A stretch of 63,032 bases of DNA, filler included, from Octopus bimaculoides (taxonomy: Eukaryota): NCBI RefSeq assembly GCF_001194135.2. It is 8 parts of 7 records of this genome, joined end to end, with 100 filler letters (N's around TTAATTAATTAA, not from the genome) between each part and the next. Parts side by side here need not be neighbours in the genome. Positions count along the whole stretch, not along the records: positions 49,090 to 51,336 come from NC_069000.1; positions 51,437 to 54,302 come from NC_069005.1; positions 54,403 to 56,263 come from NC_068994.1; positions 56,364 to 63,032 come from NC_069004.1; 4 more parts are not named here. One strand, given 5' to 3'. Shown one piece after another: positions 50,771-63,032 of the stretch (position 1 is the stretch's first letter; the number at the start of each line of letters is the position of its first letter). The notes beneath the pieces are model-generated. The model was not told the DNA's origin, made no database searches, and was given only the letters and a program-made list of their open reading frames with translations. The translations under genes were made by a program, and so were the position numbers.

Positions 50771-51516
50771 CATTACCACAGTTAGTTACTGATGAGTGTA
50801 TGCTTCTATAGTTCATACTTTTGTTTTCGTCAAATGACTGAACTTTGACCAAACATTCCACGTAAAAATCTAGACATTTATTGACATTTACCAACACCTT
50901 TCGCTGCTCAGACAGACATCCTTTTTAAATGATAACCGCGACCATTTTGTATCGTCTGCCTTCGCTAATCTACTCTATTCTTTACGTCTTGTTCCCAGCC
51001 TTCTCTGGAGAGGTAGGAGGTGAGTTAGTGGATGGGGTTCTTAGAGACGTTTGTGACTAGTTTTCATGCATATTACCTGCGATTTGTATCTATTTAAGAT
51101 CTATTTACTTAATTCTTTTCAACTGTTAGCTCGTCGCCGAGCGTTTATCGGGTTCGGAAGATTATTTTGAAGTGTTGCGTCTGTCTATCAGGTAGACAAG
51201 TCAGACACACCGACAGGTTAGGATACACAGGAATCTGAATTAAGTGGAAGCAGACAAGATAAAGGTAGGCAGGCGGGAGGAGAGGCAGGCCGGTCGGCTG
51301 GCCGACTTGCGGGTGTGAGCTACAAGTATGCAGCTANNNNNNNNNNNNNNNNNNNNNNNNNNNNNNNNNNNNNNNNNNNNTTAATTAATTAANNNNNNNN
51401 NNNNNNNNNNNNNNNNNNNNNNNNNNNNNNNNNNNNACCACCACCACCTGTGTACAAAAACGAATGCGAGTTATTTAAAGAGAAAAGCACCTCATCACAA
51501 ATCTCTCTCTCTCTCT

Positions 51517-51575
<59 letters not shown>

Positions 51576-51800
51576 TGTATGTATGTATGTATGTATGTAT
51601 GTATGTATATGTCTCTCTCTCTGGGTACACACACACACACACATAGACACACGCGCAGACATACACACGCACAGACATACACACTTATACACGTATTAGA
51701 TTGTGTTTGTGGCAACAAAGGTGAACGTGGTCCCAAGCGCTGAATAAAGAACTCAATACAGTGCTAGCAGTGTCTTAAAAAAATAAACAAATACATATAC

Positions 51801-51861
<61 letters not shown>

Positions 51862-52091
51862 CATATACATATACATACACACACGCACAGTAAGATGCAT
51901 TTTGGTTGAGAGCGAGACGAAATGTGCATTTGTAGCATTCCGCTTTAGAAAGCAAATGAAAAGAAAATTAAAAAAACCTCTTAGTTACCCATTACGTATA
52001 TTATGGACTGCCTATAATTGACTTGTACTATACTTGCACTCTTGCAATATATGTGCATACATACAACACACACACACACGTATATATGCTG

Positions 52092-52142
<51 letters not shown>

Positions 52143-52720
52143 NNNNNNNNNNNNNNNNNNNNNNNNNNNNNNNNNNNNNNNNNNNNNNNNNNNNNNNNNN
52201 NNNNNNNNNNNNNNNNNNNNNNNNNNNNNNNNNNNNNNNNNNNNNNNNNNNNNNNNNNNNNNNNNNNNNNNNNNNNNNNNNNNNNNNNNNNNNNNNNNNN
52301 NNNNNNNNNNNNNNNNNNNNNNNNNNNNNNNNNNNNNNNNNNNNNNNNNNNNNNNNNNNNNNNNNNNNNNNNNNNNNNNNNNNNNNNNNNNNNNNNNNNN
52401 NNNNNNNNNNNNNNNNNNNNNNNNNNNNNNNNNNNNNNNNNNNNNNNNNNNNNNNNNNNNNNNNNNNNNNNNNNNNNNNNNNNNNNNNNNNNNNNNNNNN
52501 NNNNNNNNNNNNNNNNNNNNNNNNNNNNNNNNNNNNNNNNNNNNNNNNNNNNNNNNNNNNNNNNNNNNNNNNNNNNNNNNNNNNNNNNNNNNNNNNNNNN
52601 NNNNNNNNNNNNNNNNNNNNNNNNNNNNNNNNNNNNNNNNNNNNNNNNNNNNNNNNNNNNNNNNNNNNNNNNNNNNNNNNNNNNNNNNNNNNNNNNNNNN
52701 NNTATATCTATATCTGTGTG

Positions 52721-52759
<39 letters not shown>

Positions 52760-52790
52760 GTGTGTGTGTGTATGTATATATATATATATT

Positions 52791-52824
<34 letters not shown>

Positions 52825-53247
52825 GGTAGGTATGTATGTATGTATACATACACATGCATAGACACACAGCTATAATTAACAGTTTCATTGATTTCCTTGT
52901 ATAACATTATTATGTTTCACCTGTAATACATTCTGTCTATATACTTGGCATTATTAATCATATCAACTTGTCATCTTGTACTATTTATTCCTTTTTACTC
53001 TCGTCCTTGCTTCATCCACCCACCTACACTTCTTTGGTCTCCCTCTTCGTGCTCTCTGTGTCTCATTCGTTCTCTGTGTCTTCTCCTTTTCACGTCGCCT
53101 CCCCCTCTCTTGATCTATTTATCAATTTCTTTAAGCATACGTACGTACATACATACACACGTACCGCACATGCATACATACATACATATGTACATACGTA
53201 CACGCACACATATATATGTGGAGAGAGAGAGAGCAAGAGACATATAG

Positions 53248-53287
<40 letters not shown>

Positions 53288-53519
53288 TGTGTGAGAGACC
53301 AAGAGACATATAGATTGATAGAGAGGAGAGAGATGGGGAAAAAGATAGAAAGCAAACAATACATCAGTACAAACAGAGAAGAAGAGATAGAAAGAAAGAG
53401 AGAGGGAAAGAGAGAAAGATATAAATAAAGAGAGAAGCGGCAATGGTAAGAATAAAATTGCGTGACAAAGGAACGACAGAAAATGAGACAGAGGCAGAAT
53501 TAGACAGACAGATAGATAG

Positions 53520-53637
53520 ACAGACAGACAGATTGACAGATAGATAGATAGATAAATAGATAGATAGATAGATAGATAGATAAATGAATAGATAGATAGG
53601 TAGGTAGATAGATAGATAGACAGACAGACAGATTGAC

Positions 53638-53683
<46 letters not shown>

Positions 53684-53810
53684 ATGAATAGATAGATAGG
53701 TAGGTAGATAGATAGATAGACAGATTGACAGATAGATAGATAGATAAATAGATAGATAGATAGATAAATGAATAGATAGATAGGTAGGTAGCTAGATAGA
53801 CACAGACACT
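53520..53810. repeat. (GATA/GACA)n array with three higher-order units
   Basis: Marker variants cagattgacag and taaatgaatag...taggtagg recur three times in the same order. Confidence 0.85.
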
Positions 53811-54103
53811 CACAGATAGAGATAGAAAGATAGAAATAGTAAGACAAAGGTGAAGAAGGAATGAGATATGGAAGTTTTATCTACAAACACGACTAAAACA
53901 CATCTTACTGTCGATATGTAACGATTGCACCTCCTTCGATAAAGCATCCTGTACTTCTACAACTTGCCTAATTAGGAGTATGACTAGTTCTTCGTTACTC
54001 TCACCTCTCTTTGAACAGTCACAGCACACTTTGGCAAATTTTACTTAGCAAACGTCTTTTCTTTACGATCGTCAAAAGAGAAGAAAAGAATACAGAAAGG
54101 TGC

Positions 54104-54265
54104 AGGAGTGGCTGTGTGGTAAGTAGCTTGCTTACCAACCACATAGTTTTGGGTTCAGCCCCACTTAGTGGCACCTTGGGCAAGTGTCTTCTACTATAGC
54201 CTCGGGTCGACCAAAGCCTTGTGAGTGGATTTGGTAGACAGAAACTGAAAGAAGCCCGTCGTGTA

Positions 54266-54302
<37 letters not shown>
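54104..54302 (+). mobile_element. SINE family B, 5' half running into (TA)n and a gap
   Basis: aggagtggctgtgtggtaagtagcttgc...gaagcccgtcgt. Confidence 0.9.
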
Positions 54303-54402
54303 NNNNNNNNNNNNNNNNNNNNNNNNNNNNNNNNNNNNNNNNNNNNTTAATTAATTAANNNNNNNNNNNNNNNNNNNNNNNNNNNNNNNNNNNNNNNNNN
54401 NN

Positions 54403-54650
54403 GCTCTCAAAAATTAAGTTTAAAAAACCGGATAAATAATCTAGAATCCTTGTCCGGCACCGGACCTAGGATGACATGGTAGTGAAGCAAAATCTAATCA
54501 GTTCGTGCCAGTCACGAGGCCAAACATCCCTGAAAGTTTCATCCGAATCCATCCAGCGATTCTTGAGATATCTTGTCCACGGGCAAACCAACAAACAAAC
54601 AAACAAACGTGACTGAAAACAATACCTTCGCCAAGGCGGAGGTAATAATA
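54403..54650 (+). mobile_element. Helentron/DINE-1-like non-autonomous element, 3' part
   Basis: aagtttcatccgaatccatccagcg, internal (CAAA)n, and the stem-loop accttcgcc-aa-ggcggaggt (54624-54643) before taataat. Confidence 0.65.
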
Positions 54651-55834
54651 ATAAGAAGAAGAACAACAACAATAGTAATAGAGTAGAGCACTCGAATAAA
54701 ATAATATTTAGCAATTAGTGTTTTAACTGTACTGAAAAATCAATTGCCTGAATGAACCCAGTGGCGTGAAACTCCAATTGCAAGAAAAAGAATATTGTTT
54801 CTACACACACGTACATTCCAGAAACTGACAATCCAATGAGAAAGTCTCTCGGTGGTCACTGTAGAGAAATAGCAGCTAAATCTCGAATCTCTCATCTCAA
54901 AAGTGAAATGATTATACAGTATAATAAAAAAGTAATGAGTATGAGCAAAACATCCCCACCATCACTCCTCAATTCATACTACCACCACCACCACCGCCGC
55001 CGCCGCTACTACAAACAACAACACCATCATCACTACCACCGTTATTATAGCTATTACCGCAGCTACAACCACCACCACTACCATCACCACCATCACTCCA
55101 ACTACACTACCAACACTCTCCATGACTGAACTACCACCACCACCACCACACTATGCTGTTATTAGATCCACCGCCATTACAATCTCATAACACTGTCAAC
55201 ACATCTACCACCACTACCACCACTGCAATATGTGTGTGTATGTGTGCGCGTATTTCTACCACCACCACTACCCGACTCCCATCGTGCTACCCTGTCATCA
55301 CCACCCACACAACAGCAGCCCTGTCACCAGCTCTACACATGCTCACACTTCACCATTCTCTGACTTCAAAGCAGAAATCTCTGGTATGTTAACTGCAGCA
55401 ATTGTATACGTTTCTCCAACCATTTCTCTCACCCAGGAACAAGACTTTAATATTTCGACCATGTTCCGAGAGTGCATACGTGCGTATGTGTGTGTGTGTG
55501 TGTGTGTGTACATGCATGCATATATACATTTGTATGTGTGTTTGTGTGTACATAGGTACATGAATATATATACATGTACGTGTGTGTGTGTGTGTGTGTA
55601 TGTACATACTTATATGCATATGTAGACATGTATGTGTGTGTGTGCGTGTGTATATACATGTATATATACACAATGTATACACGTTTGTGTGTATGTGAAT
55701 GAGAAAGAGGGAGAGAGAGATGTGTATGTGTGTGCTTTCCCAAGCACGTGGTCCCCTTTGGCAGGGATGTGTATTCTCACTTCTTTTCATAATTTTTATA
55801 CGAACTGGATAGACATGCGCGGTCGTTGTGCATG

Positions 55835-55997
55835 TGTTATCAAAATCGGCGGATGTAAGATCGATCGGCTAATATTTTCAAACGACACTGTGCTCATCAG
55901 GAAATGATCTGCATCAAACATTGAATGGGTTCGCTGCAAGACAGGGACGAGAATTAGAGTCGCGAAGACTGAGACATCGGTCCTCTCCAGAAGCTCT
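55835..55997 (+). mobile_element. RTE LINE RT remnant interrupted by a SINE
   Basis: IKIGGCKIDRLIFSNDTVLI (a degenerate FADD motif) ...LNGFAA...KTETSVLSR. Confidence 0.6.
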
Positions 55998-55999
55998 AA

Positions 56000-56234
56000 G
56001 GCGGTGAGCTGGCAGAAACGTTAGCACGCCGGGCGAAATGCTTAGCGGTATTTCGTCTGCCGTTACGTTCTGAGTTCAAATTCCGCCGAGGTCGACTTTA
56101 CCTTTCATCCTTTCGGGGTCGATAAATTAAGTACCAGTTACGCACTGGGGTCGATGTAATAGACTTAATCCCTTTGTCTGTCCTTGTTTGTCCCCTCTAT
56201 GTTTAGCCCCTTGTGGGCAATAAAGAAATAAGAA
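56000..56234 (+). mobile_element. SINE family A, long tail, apparently young
   Basis: Complete, CpG-intact copy ending gggcaataaagaaataagaa. Confidence 0.95.
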
Positions 56235-56363
56235 ACTCTGAGTAGAACATCATTGAGGTAAGTNNNNNNNNNNNNNNNNNNNNNNNNNNNNNNNNNNNNN
56301 NNNNNNNTTAATTAATTAANNNNNNNNNNNNNNNNNNNNNNNNNNNNNNNNNNNNNNNNNNNN

Positions 56364-56404
<41 letters not shown>

Positions 56405-56410
56405 TTGAAT

Positions 56411-56445
<35 letters not shown>

Positions 56446-56806
56446 GTGAAATTGTTCCAGTTTATATTTATGTTCACTTAAGGATATAATCTAAACGGAG
56501 TAAAGGGTTTACTGACAGGCAGATAGGAAAACAGACCGAGAAGCAGAGAAAATAGAGGCAGAAGAGGTAGGAGAGGGTGAGAGGAAAAACGAAGAGAAGA
56601 TGATGTCGGTGTAAACGATTGAGTAAATACAGGAATGAAGTGCGGGGTGGGGGTAGAGTAAGTGAAGTGGACAGTCAAGTGACGAAGTGAATAGTATGAG
56701 TGACGGCGACGGTGGTGGTGGGAGGAGGAGGAGGAGCGACATTGAGTAACGGCATGGGTGATGAAGCATGTGAGTACGAATTCGTCAGGAAAATAACAGA
56801 GGCCGG

Positions 56807-56926
<120 letters not shown>

Positions 56927-57043
56927 AAAATAGAGGGAGAAAATGTGAAGGTATGTACAATAGAATGAATGCGTAAAGAAGAAAGTAGATGGATGGATGG
57001 ACAAGCAGCCGACAGACACGTAAAGATAGATAGATAGATAGAT

Positions 57044-57084
<41 letters not shown>

Positions 57085-57092
<8 letters not shown>

Positions 57093-57390
57093 CATTTCTT
57101 TTATTAGCCACACAGGGCTCAACAAAGATGGGACAAATACAATGTAGAGCTTTTCTTTTTGGGAGAGGGAACGAAAAAAAAAAGTAGGGGTGTGTCGATC
57201 AAAAGGGATCGTAGGAAGGGAAAAAGGGAGAGTTCGATCAAAAGGGGTCGAGAAAAAGAAAAAAAAAGCGATCAATAGGGATCGTGTATCACAGTAATGT
57301 TCTCGTGTAAAAAGAGGGGAGGGCAGTTTAGGTTTAGCCGTGGAAAGAAAAGCCTACGGAAAAGACCACGGTAACCTTGGTCAATATTGT
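57085..57390 (-). mobile_element. Retroposon 3' end with a tail related to SINE A and CR1, embedded in (GATA)n
   Basis: tttcttttattagccacacagggctcaacaaagatgggacaaatacaatgtag resembles tttctttattgcccacaaggggctaaacatagaggggacaaac. Confidence 0.5.
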
Positions 57391-57436
57391 CATTGAAGAA
57401 ACTATAAGATAGATAGATAGATAGATAGATATGCAG

Positions 57437-57488
<52 letters not shown>

Positions 57489-57985
57489 GGATAGATAGGC
57501 AGACAGAGNNNNNNNNNNNNNNNNNNNNNNNNNNNNNNNNNNNNNNNNNNNNNNNNNNNNNNNNNNNNNNNNNNNNNNNNNNNNNNNNNNNNNNNNNNNN
57601 NNNNNNNNNNNNNNNNNNNNNNNNNNNNNNNNNNNNNNNNNNNNNNNNNNNNNNNNNNNNNNNNNNNNNNNNNNNNNNNNNNNNNNNNNNNNNNNNNNNN
57701 NNNNNNNNNNNNNNNNNNNNNNNNNNNNNNNNNNNNNNNNNNNNNNNNNNNNNNNNNNNNNNNNNNNNNNNNNNNNNNATACGAAATAATACAAAAAATT
57801 CCCAATAAATGGGGAGGTTATCCGTGGAAAGAAAAACCTACGAAAAGACCACGGTAACCTCGGTCTTTAGCGTTACAGTTTGTTAAATAAAATTTCTTTT
57901 ATTTAAGCAAGAAACGTGAGTAACTCTCTGTTTACAAAATTTTAAAACGTTTTATAGAATCATGGTCAAGGTGGCTTCGTCATTT

Positions 57986-58035
<50 letters not shown>

Positions 58036-58152
58036 GGATAGATAGGCAGACAGAGATTGTTTGAGAAGGTAGCTATTCCATACAGATAAAATCACATACA
58101 CTCCCATACATGTACACACACACACACACACACACATGCTTGTTCTCATCTA

Positions 58153-58651
58153 CGCAGTGAGCTATGCAAATATATAACTACATACACACATTCAGATATC
58201 ATGCACGCAAATACGTACACATACATACATGCACACATATCCATATACACACAAATCGTCATCTTATGCTAGGGAGCAATACAAATATATAACTGCACCC
58301 GCACATACACACACACACACATACACACGCACAACACACAAATACACACACTTGCTTCACTGCTATACTGTCGATACACTTACATACCCAGGCTTGCACA
58401 CGCGCGAAGCTGTACGTAATCAACCGGCCTGCTAGAAAGAGCAGCCAAATTACCCCTCAAATCGCAACCTTACTGTCTTGGGAAATGGATTTACGTATTT
58501 GATAATGTATTCATAGATATCACTAAAAAGACATGATAGTCTTTGCTAGAACACCTTCGAATACACAATAACAACACGTGTGTAAATGTGTATTTGTGTG
58601 CATGGTGTCTAAATGTGTGTATGTAGTTATATATTTGCATAGCTCACTGCG
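58153..58651. repeat. Long-range inverted repeat, 62 bp arms (58153-58214 and 58590-58651)
   Basis: cgcagtgagctatgcaaatatataactacatacacac... matches its reverse complement with few mismatches. Confidence 0.9.
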
Positions 58652-58722
58652 TGTATGCGTGTATGTGTGTGTACATGGTCGTACAGTTAAACAGTTTCAG
58701 TAAAACACATACAGATACATAT

Positions 58723-58882
58723 AGGAGTGGCTGTGTGGTAAGTAGCTTGCTTACCAACCACATGGGTCCGGGTTCAGTTCCACTGCGTGGCATCTTGAGC
58801 AAGTGTCTTCTACTATAGCTTCGGGCCAACCAAAGCCTTGTGAGTGGATTTGGTAGACGGAAACTGAAAGAAGCCCGTCGTA

Positions 58883-58967
<85 letters not shown>

Positions 58968-59178
58968 GTGTGTGTTTGTGTGTCTGTGCTTGTCCCCCCT
59001 AGCATTGCTTAACAACCGATGCTTGTGTGTTTATGTCCCCGTAACTTAGCGGTTCGGCAAAAGAAAACCGATAGAATAAGTACTAGGCTTACAAAGAATA
59101 AGTCCCGGGGTCGATTTGCTCGACTAAAGGCGGTGCTCCAGCATGGCCGCAGTCAAGTGGCTGAAACAAGTAAAAGAG
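58723..59178 (+). mobile_element. Full-length SINE family B with a long internal (TA)n
   Basis: tRNA-like head, CORE-like gtggcatcttgagcaagtgtcttctactatagc, microsatellite, and a 3' part ending gaaacaagtaaaagag. Confidence 0.92.
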
Positions 59179-59955
59179 TAGTAGAGAGTAACGCAGATAC
59201 AATCAAATCTAGCACGCATACATACATACATACAACACTATAGTCAGATTCGCGCGTAAACATACTTGCACACACACACACACACCAAATCGTACACAAA
59301 CACAGAAGCCAGCACACTACGACTACAGCACACAAAGGAACACACACACACAAACACACACACACACACACTCACGTTGCAAATAGCGCACAGGCACACA
59401 GAAGCCAGCAGACAGACATACGCACAGAGTGTCTCACACACACAGTTAACTGCTGCCACTGTTTGCTTCAATAGCAACAATAAGCATCGACGTCACCTAC
59501 ACTATCGCCGGCATTAGCAACGGGGCGAGCTCGTCCTGTTAGAAATAGCAGTTAAATACGCTTCTATTACAAACTCTGCCATGAAAAGAGGAAGGAAAGA
59601 TGAGATAAGGTGACAGGTAGTGCAAGAGAAAGAAAAAGAAATGATGGAATGGTCGTGCCTGGGTTGCCGTTGACGAGAAAACTCCTTAAACAGACTTGAC
59701 CTGAAGATTAAGTTATAGCAACAGCAGCAATCGCAACAGTAATTACACAACAGCGACTGCTGCAGCAAGAACAACAACAGCAACAGTTGCTGCAACAACA
59801 GCAGAAGCAGCAGCAGCAGCAGCAACTGCTGCAGCACCAATTGTAGTACCAGTAATACCAGTACAGTGAGAATAAGAACACCGCAACAAACACACACAGT
59901 CAAGGCACACACAGATCTACGCTCGGTAGTGCGGTGAAAGCACGTGATAAGGCTA

Positions 59956-60023
<68 letters not shown>

Positions 60024-60027
60024 TAAT

Positions 60028-60338
60028 AAAATACAAAGACCTGGAAATAGAGGTAACTCGAATGTGGAATCTAAAAACAGAAACAATTCCTATCATAGTA
60101 GGCGCCTTAGGTATAATAAAAATAATATTCAGACAAATACATAACAAAAACACCAGGACTTACAAATATATATAACATACAGAAAATTGCACTACTGGGC
60201 ACTGCACACATCCCACGCAAAACACTTTCAATACAGTAACCATAAGAGCATCACAGCAAACCACAGCACATACCCAAGGCACACAGAGCTGCGCTCGGTA
60301 GTGAAGTGAAAGCACGTTATAAAAATAAAACTACTGAA
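60028..60338 (+). mobile_element. 5'-truncated R4/Dong-type non-LTR retrotransposon within (AAT)n
   Basis: KYKDLEIEVTRMWNLKTETIPIIVGALGII / YSDKYITKTPGL..IQKIALLGTAHIPRKTLSIQ* with one frameshift; (AAT)n on both sides. Confidence 0.9.
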
Positions 60339-60339
60339 C

Positions 60340-60374
<35 letters not shown>

Positions 60375-60392
60375 TAATAATAATAATAAAAT

Positions 60393-60456
<64 letters not shown>

Positions 60457-60466
60457 TATTAATAAT

Positions 60467-60533
<67 letters not shown>
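60339..60533. repeat. (AAT)n microsatellite
   Basis: Direct reading of the sequence. Confidence 0.97.
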
Positions 60534-60534
60534 T

Positions 60535-60755
60535 TGTCTACTCTAGGCACAAGGCCTGAAATTTTGGAGGAGGGAGTGGGGTCAGTCGATTAGATCGACT
60601 CCAGTACGCAACTGGTACTTGATTTATCGGACGTCGAAAGGATGATGGGCAAAGTCGACCTCCCGCGCGGAATTCGAACTCAGAACCTATAGGTAAATGA
60701 AATGCCGCTAAGCATTTTTTTTGTTTTGCCCCCGCGTGCTAACGACCCTGCTTAC
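60535..60755 (-). mobile_element. SINE family A, short tail, pointing into (AAT)n
   Basis: Reverse-complement match to family A. Confidence 0.85.
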
Positions 60756-61175
60756 CCTGGTTCGAGCAACAGTCAACGCAGCCTTAACAGCGGCGCGGTA
60801 AAATGACAACAGTAACAGCAGCACCACCACCACCACCACCACCACCGACAACAGCACCACCACCGACAACAGCAGTATTTGTATCAGCAGCAGCAGTCGT
60901 AGCCGTGGTAGCACTCACATCAGCAACAGTGTCAATGAATGGAGTGGATTTGGTTACGTACCCAATGTTCTGTGTATATTGCAGCAATGGCTCTCCGTTT
61001 AAACATATTATTTAACCTGACGTGATTAATTACCAACACTATTAATAGTAAATATTCTTGGCGGTAAGTAAACGATATATATATATATATCTTTTTTATT
61101 GTTGTCGTTGCATAACTTTTTTTTAACCACTACGAAAGGAAACGAAAATGTGTACGTGTACGTATAAGTTTGTGC

Positions 61176-61245
<70 letters not shown>

Positions 61246-61589
61246 GTGTGTATATACATGTGAATGTATATATGTGTGTGTATATGTGTGTGTGTGTGTT
61301 GTGTGTGTCCACGCAAGCACACATTTATACATATTATATATTATTAGCAATATGTTTAAGTTTATTTGATTAGGACGTAATCATTATAATGTAATAATTA
61401 TTGTTCTGAAATATTCTTCTGAGAAAGGAAAAAAAAAAAAGAAAAGAAAGACAAAGAGAAGGAGGAACCAGAACTTCCAAGACTCAACGTTGTTGTTTTT
61501 CTTCTTTCGTTTCTCTGGGAATATTTCCTTTGAATATCAATATTCCTCTTTCATTCAAAATCGTCTTATAGGATATCGTGACTTACAAT

Positions 61590-61621
<32 letters not shown>

Positions 61622-62346
61622 NNNNNNNNNNNNNNNNNNNNNNNNNNNNNNNNNNNNNNNNNNNNNNNNNNNNNNNNNNNNNNNNNNNNNNNNNNNNNNN
61701 NNNNNNNNNNNNNNNNNNNNNNNNNNNNNNNNNNNNNNNNNNNNNNNNNNNNNNNNNNNNNNNNNNNNNNNNNNNNNNNNNNNNNNNNNNNNNNNNNNNN
61801 NNNNNNNNNNNNNNNNNNNNNNNNNNNNNNNNNNNNNNNNNNNNNNNNNNNNNNNNNNNNNNNNNNNNNNNNNNNNNNNNNNNNNNNNNNNNNNNNNNNN
61901 NNNNNNNNNNNNNNNNNNNNNNNNNNNNNNNNNNNNNNNNNNNNNNNNNNNNNNNNNNNNNNNNNNNNNNNNNNNNNNNNNNNNNNNNNNNNNNNNNNNN
62001 NNNNNNNNNNNNNNNNNNNNNNNNNNNNNNNNNNNNNNNNNNNNNNNNNNNNNNNNNNNNNNNNNNNNNNNNNNNNNNNNNNNNNNNNNNNNNNNNNNNN
62101 NNNNNNNNNNNNNNNNNNNNNNNNNNNNNNNNNNNNNNNNNNNNNNNNNNNNNNNNNNNNNNNNNNNNNNNNNNNNNNNNNNNNNNNNNNNNNTATGTGC
62201 GTATATATATATATATGTGTGTGCTATTTATATATATGTGTTATATATATATGTGTGCGTGTATACACACACTTACATATATATACATACAATTTGTATA
62301 TATATACTTTATATAATGTAAACAAGATCACAACGCACAACCAGGA

Positions 62347-62410
62347 AGATAATTACCACGAGAAGGTAATTACCACGAGAAGGTAATTACCACGAATTCC
62401 CACGAGATAC
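62347..62410. repeat. 17 bp minisatellite (taattaccacgagaagg), about three copies
   Basis: Direct reading of the sequence. Confidence 0.8.
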
Positions 62411-62827
62411 ATATGTATCGATCTATAGATATACGTTTATATATATTCACGTACAACACCGTGTATATGAATACGTATATACACAGACATGTTATATATG
62501 CTAGTAGTGTAAACGAATGAATATAGTTGCGCTGTTTCGTCCTATAAACATTGTGTTTTTCCATTATGTTTTTTGTGATCATTTGCGTAACAGGAAATAT
62601 GTCGGTGGAAAGACAGAGGCCAAGATATAATGTTGAATATTGTGTAAATATGTCTGTTATGATGGAAATATTTCATTGAAAATTTTTCTGAATGTTTTGA
62701 AATATATCTGGGAGGAAACTGGGGGAATATTAAATGCCAGGAATTTCAAATAACGGCAACGGAAAATCGCTAATCGTGTTTCGTAACATGGAAAAAGCGA
62801 CAAGGCCAAAAGCAATGTTTGTAGCTT

Positions 62828-62880
<53 letters not shown>

Positions 62881-63032
62881 GGTGGGAGATCATTCTGTGT
62901 GTATGAAAGGAAAGGACTGAAAGTGACTTCCAAGTCTCGGCGTGGATCGGCTTCAATTCATATAAACTATTAATTGAAAGATATATGTTTGTATGTTTTT
63001 TTAATACTGTAATCAAACAATCGATATACTAT

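Noticed and set aside
50930-51336. CpG/GC-rich stretch as a promoter or first exon
   Set aside because: Plausible at the edge of the CpG-depleted domain, but no start site or ORF can be supported from sequence alone.
44418-52907. Long 170-310 aa ORFs containing X runs (also near 3.5, 12.6, 29, 32.3, 36.6, 40, 57.5 and 61.6 kb)
   Set aside because: They are open only because they cross N gaps.
59715-61015. PolyQ- and Pro-rich ORFs at 59.7 and 60.8 kb
   Set aside because: Mixed CAG/CAA/CAC trinucleotide low-complexity tracts without convincing splice sites.

Overview
Eukaryotic, AT-rich, repeat-dense genomic scaffold. The SINE families and microsatellite load match my recollection of Octopus (coleoid cephalopod) DNA; that assignment is inference and was not checked. 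There is no prokaryotic operon, rRNA, functional tRNA or CRISPR array. Host coding evidence is limited to two loci. (i) The last two exons of a + strand gene (42260-42342 and 43133-43984) encode a low-complexity, tyrosine-motif-rich tail ending QPTLV*; I could not find its upstream exons. (ii) A spliced, unidentified - strand gene has exons at 22289-22408, 21141-21283 and probably 19211-19295, with weaker exon candidates down to 8.5 kb. The rest consists of tRNA-derived SINEs, fragments of RTE, RTE-X, CR1, R4/Dong-type and Penelope-like retroelements, a dead mariner, piggyBac- and hAT-type MITEs, a Helentron-like element, hairpins, micro/minisatellites and N gaps. Seven gaps carry an artificial TTAATTAATTAA linker. 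Most ORFs in the supplied track are microsatellite or gap artefacts. The patterns most worth a second look are: a CpG-depleted domain (about 6.8-49 kb) visible in the SINE copies; (AAT)n tracts that collect R4/Dong-type elements and SINE arrays; recurrent SINE dimers with a shared junction; a 3' tail shared between a SINE and a CR1 remnant; and several inverted repeats that are candidate dsRNA/editing substrates. I found no convincing new biological system.
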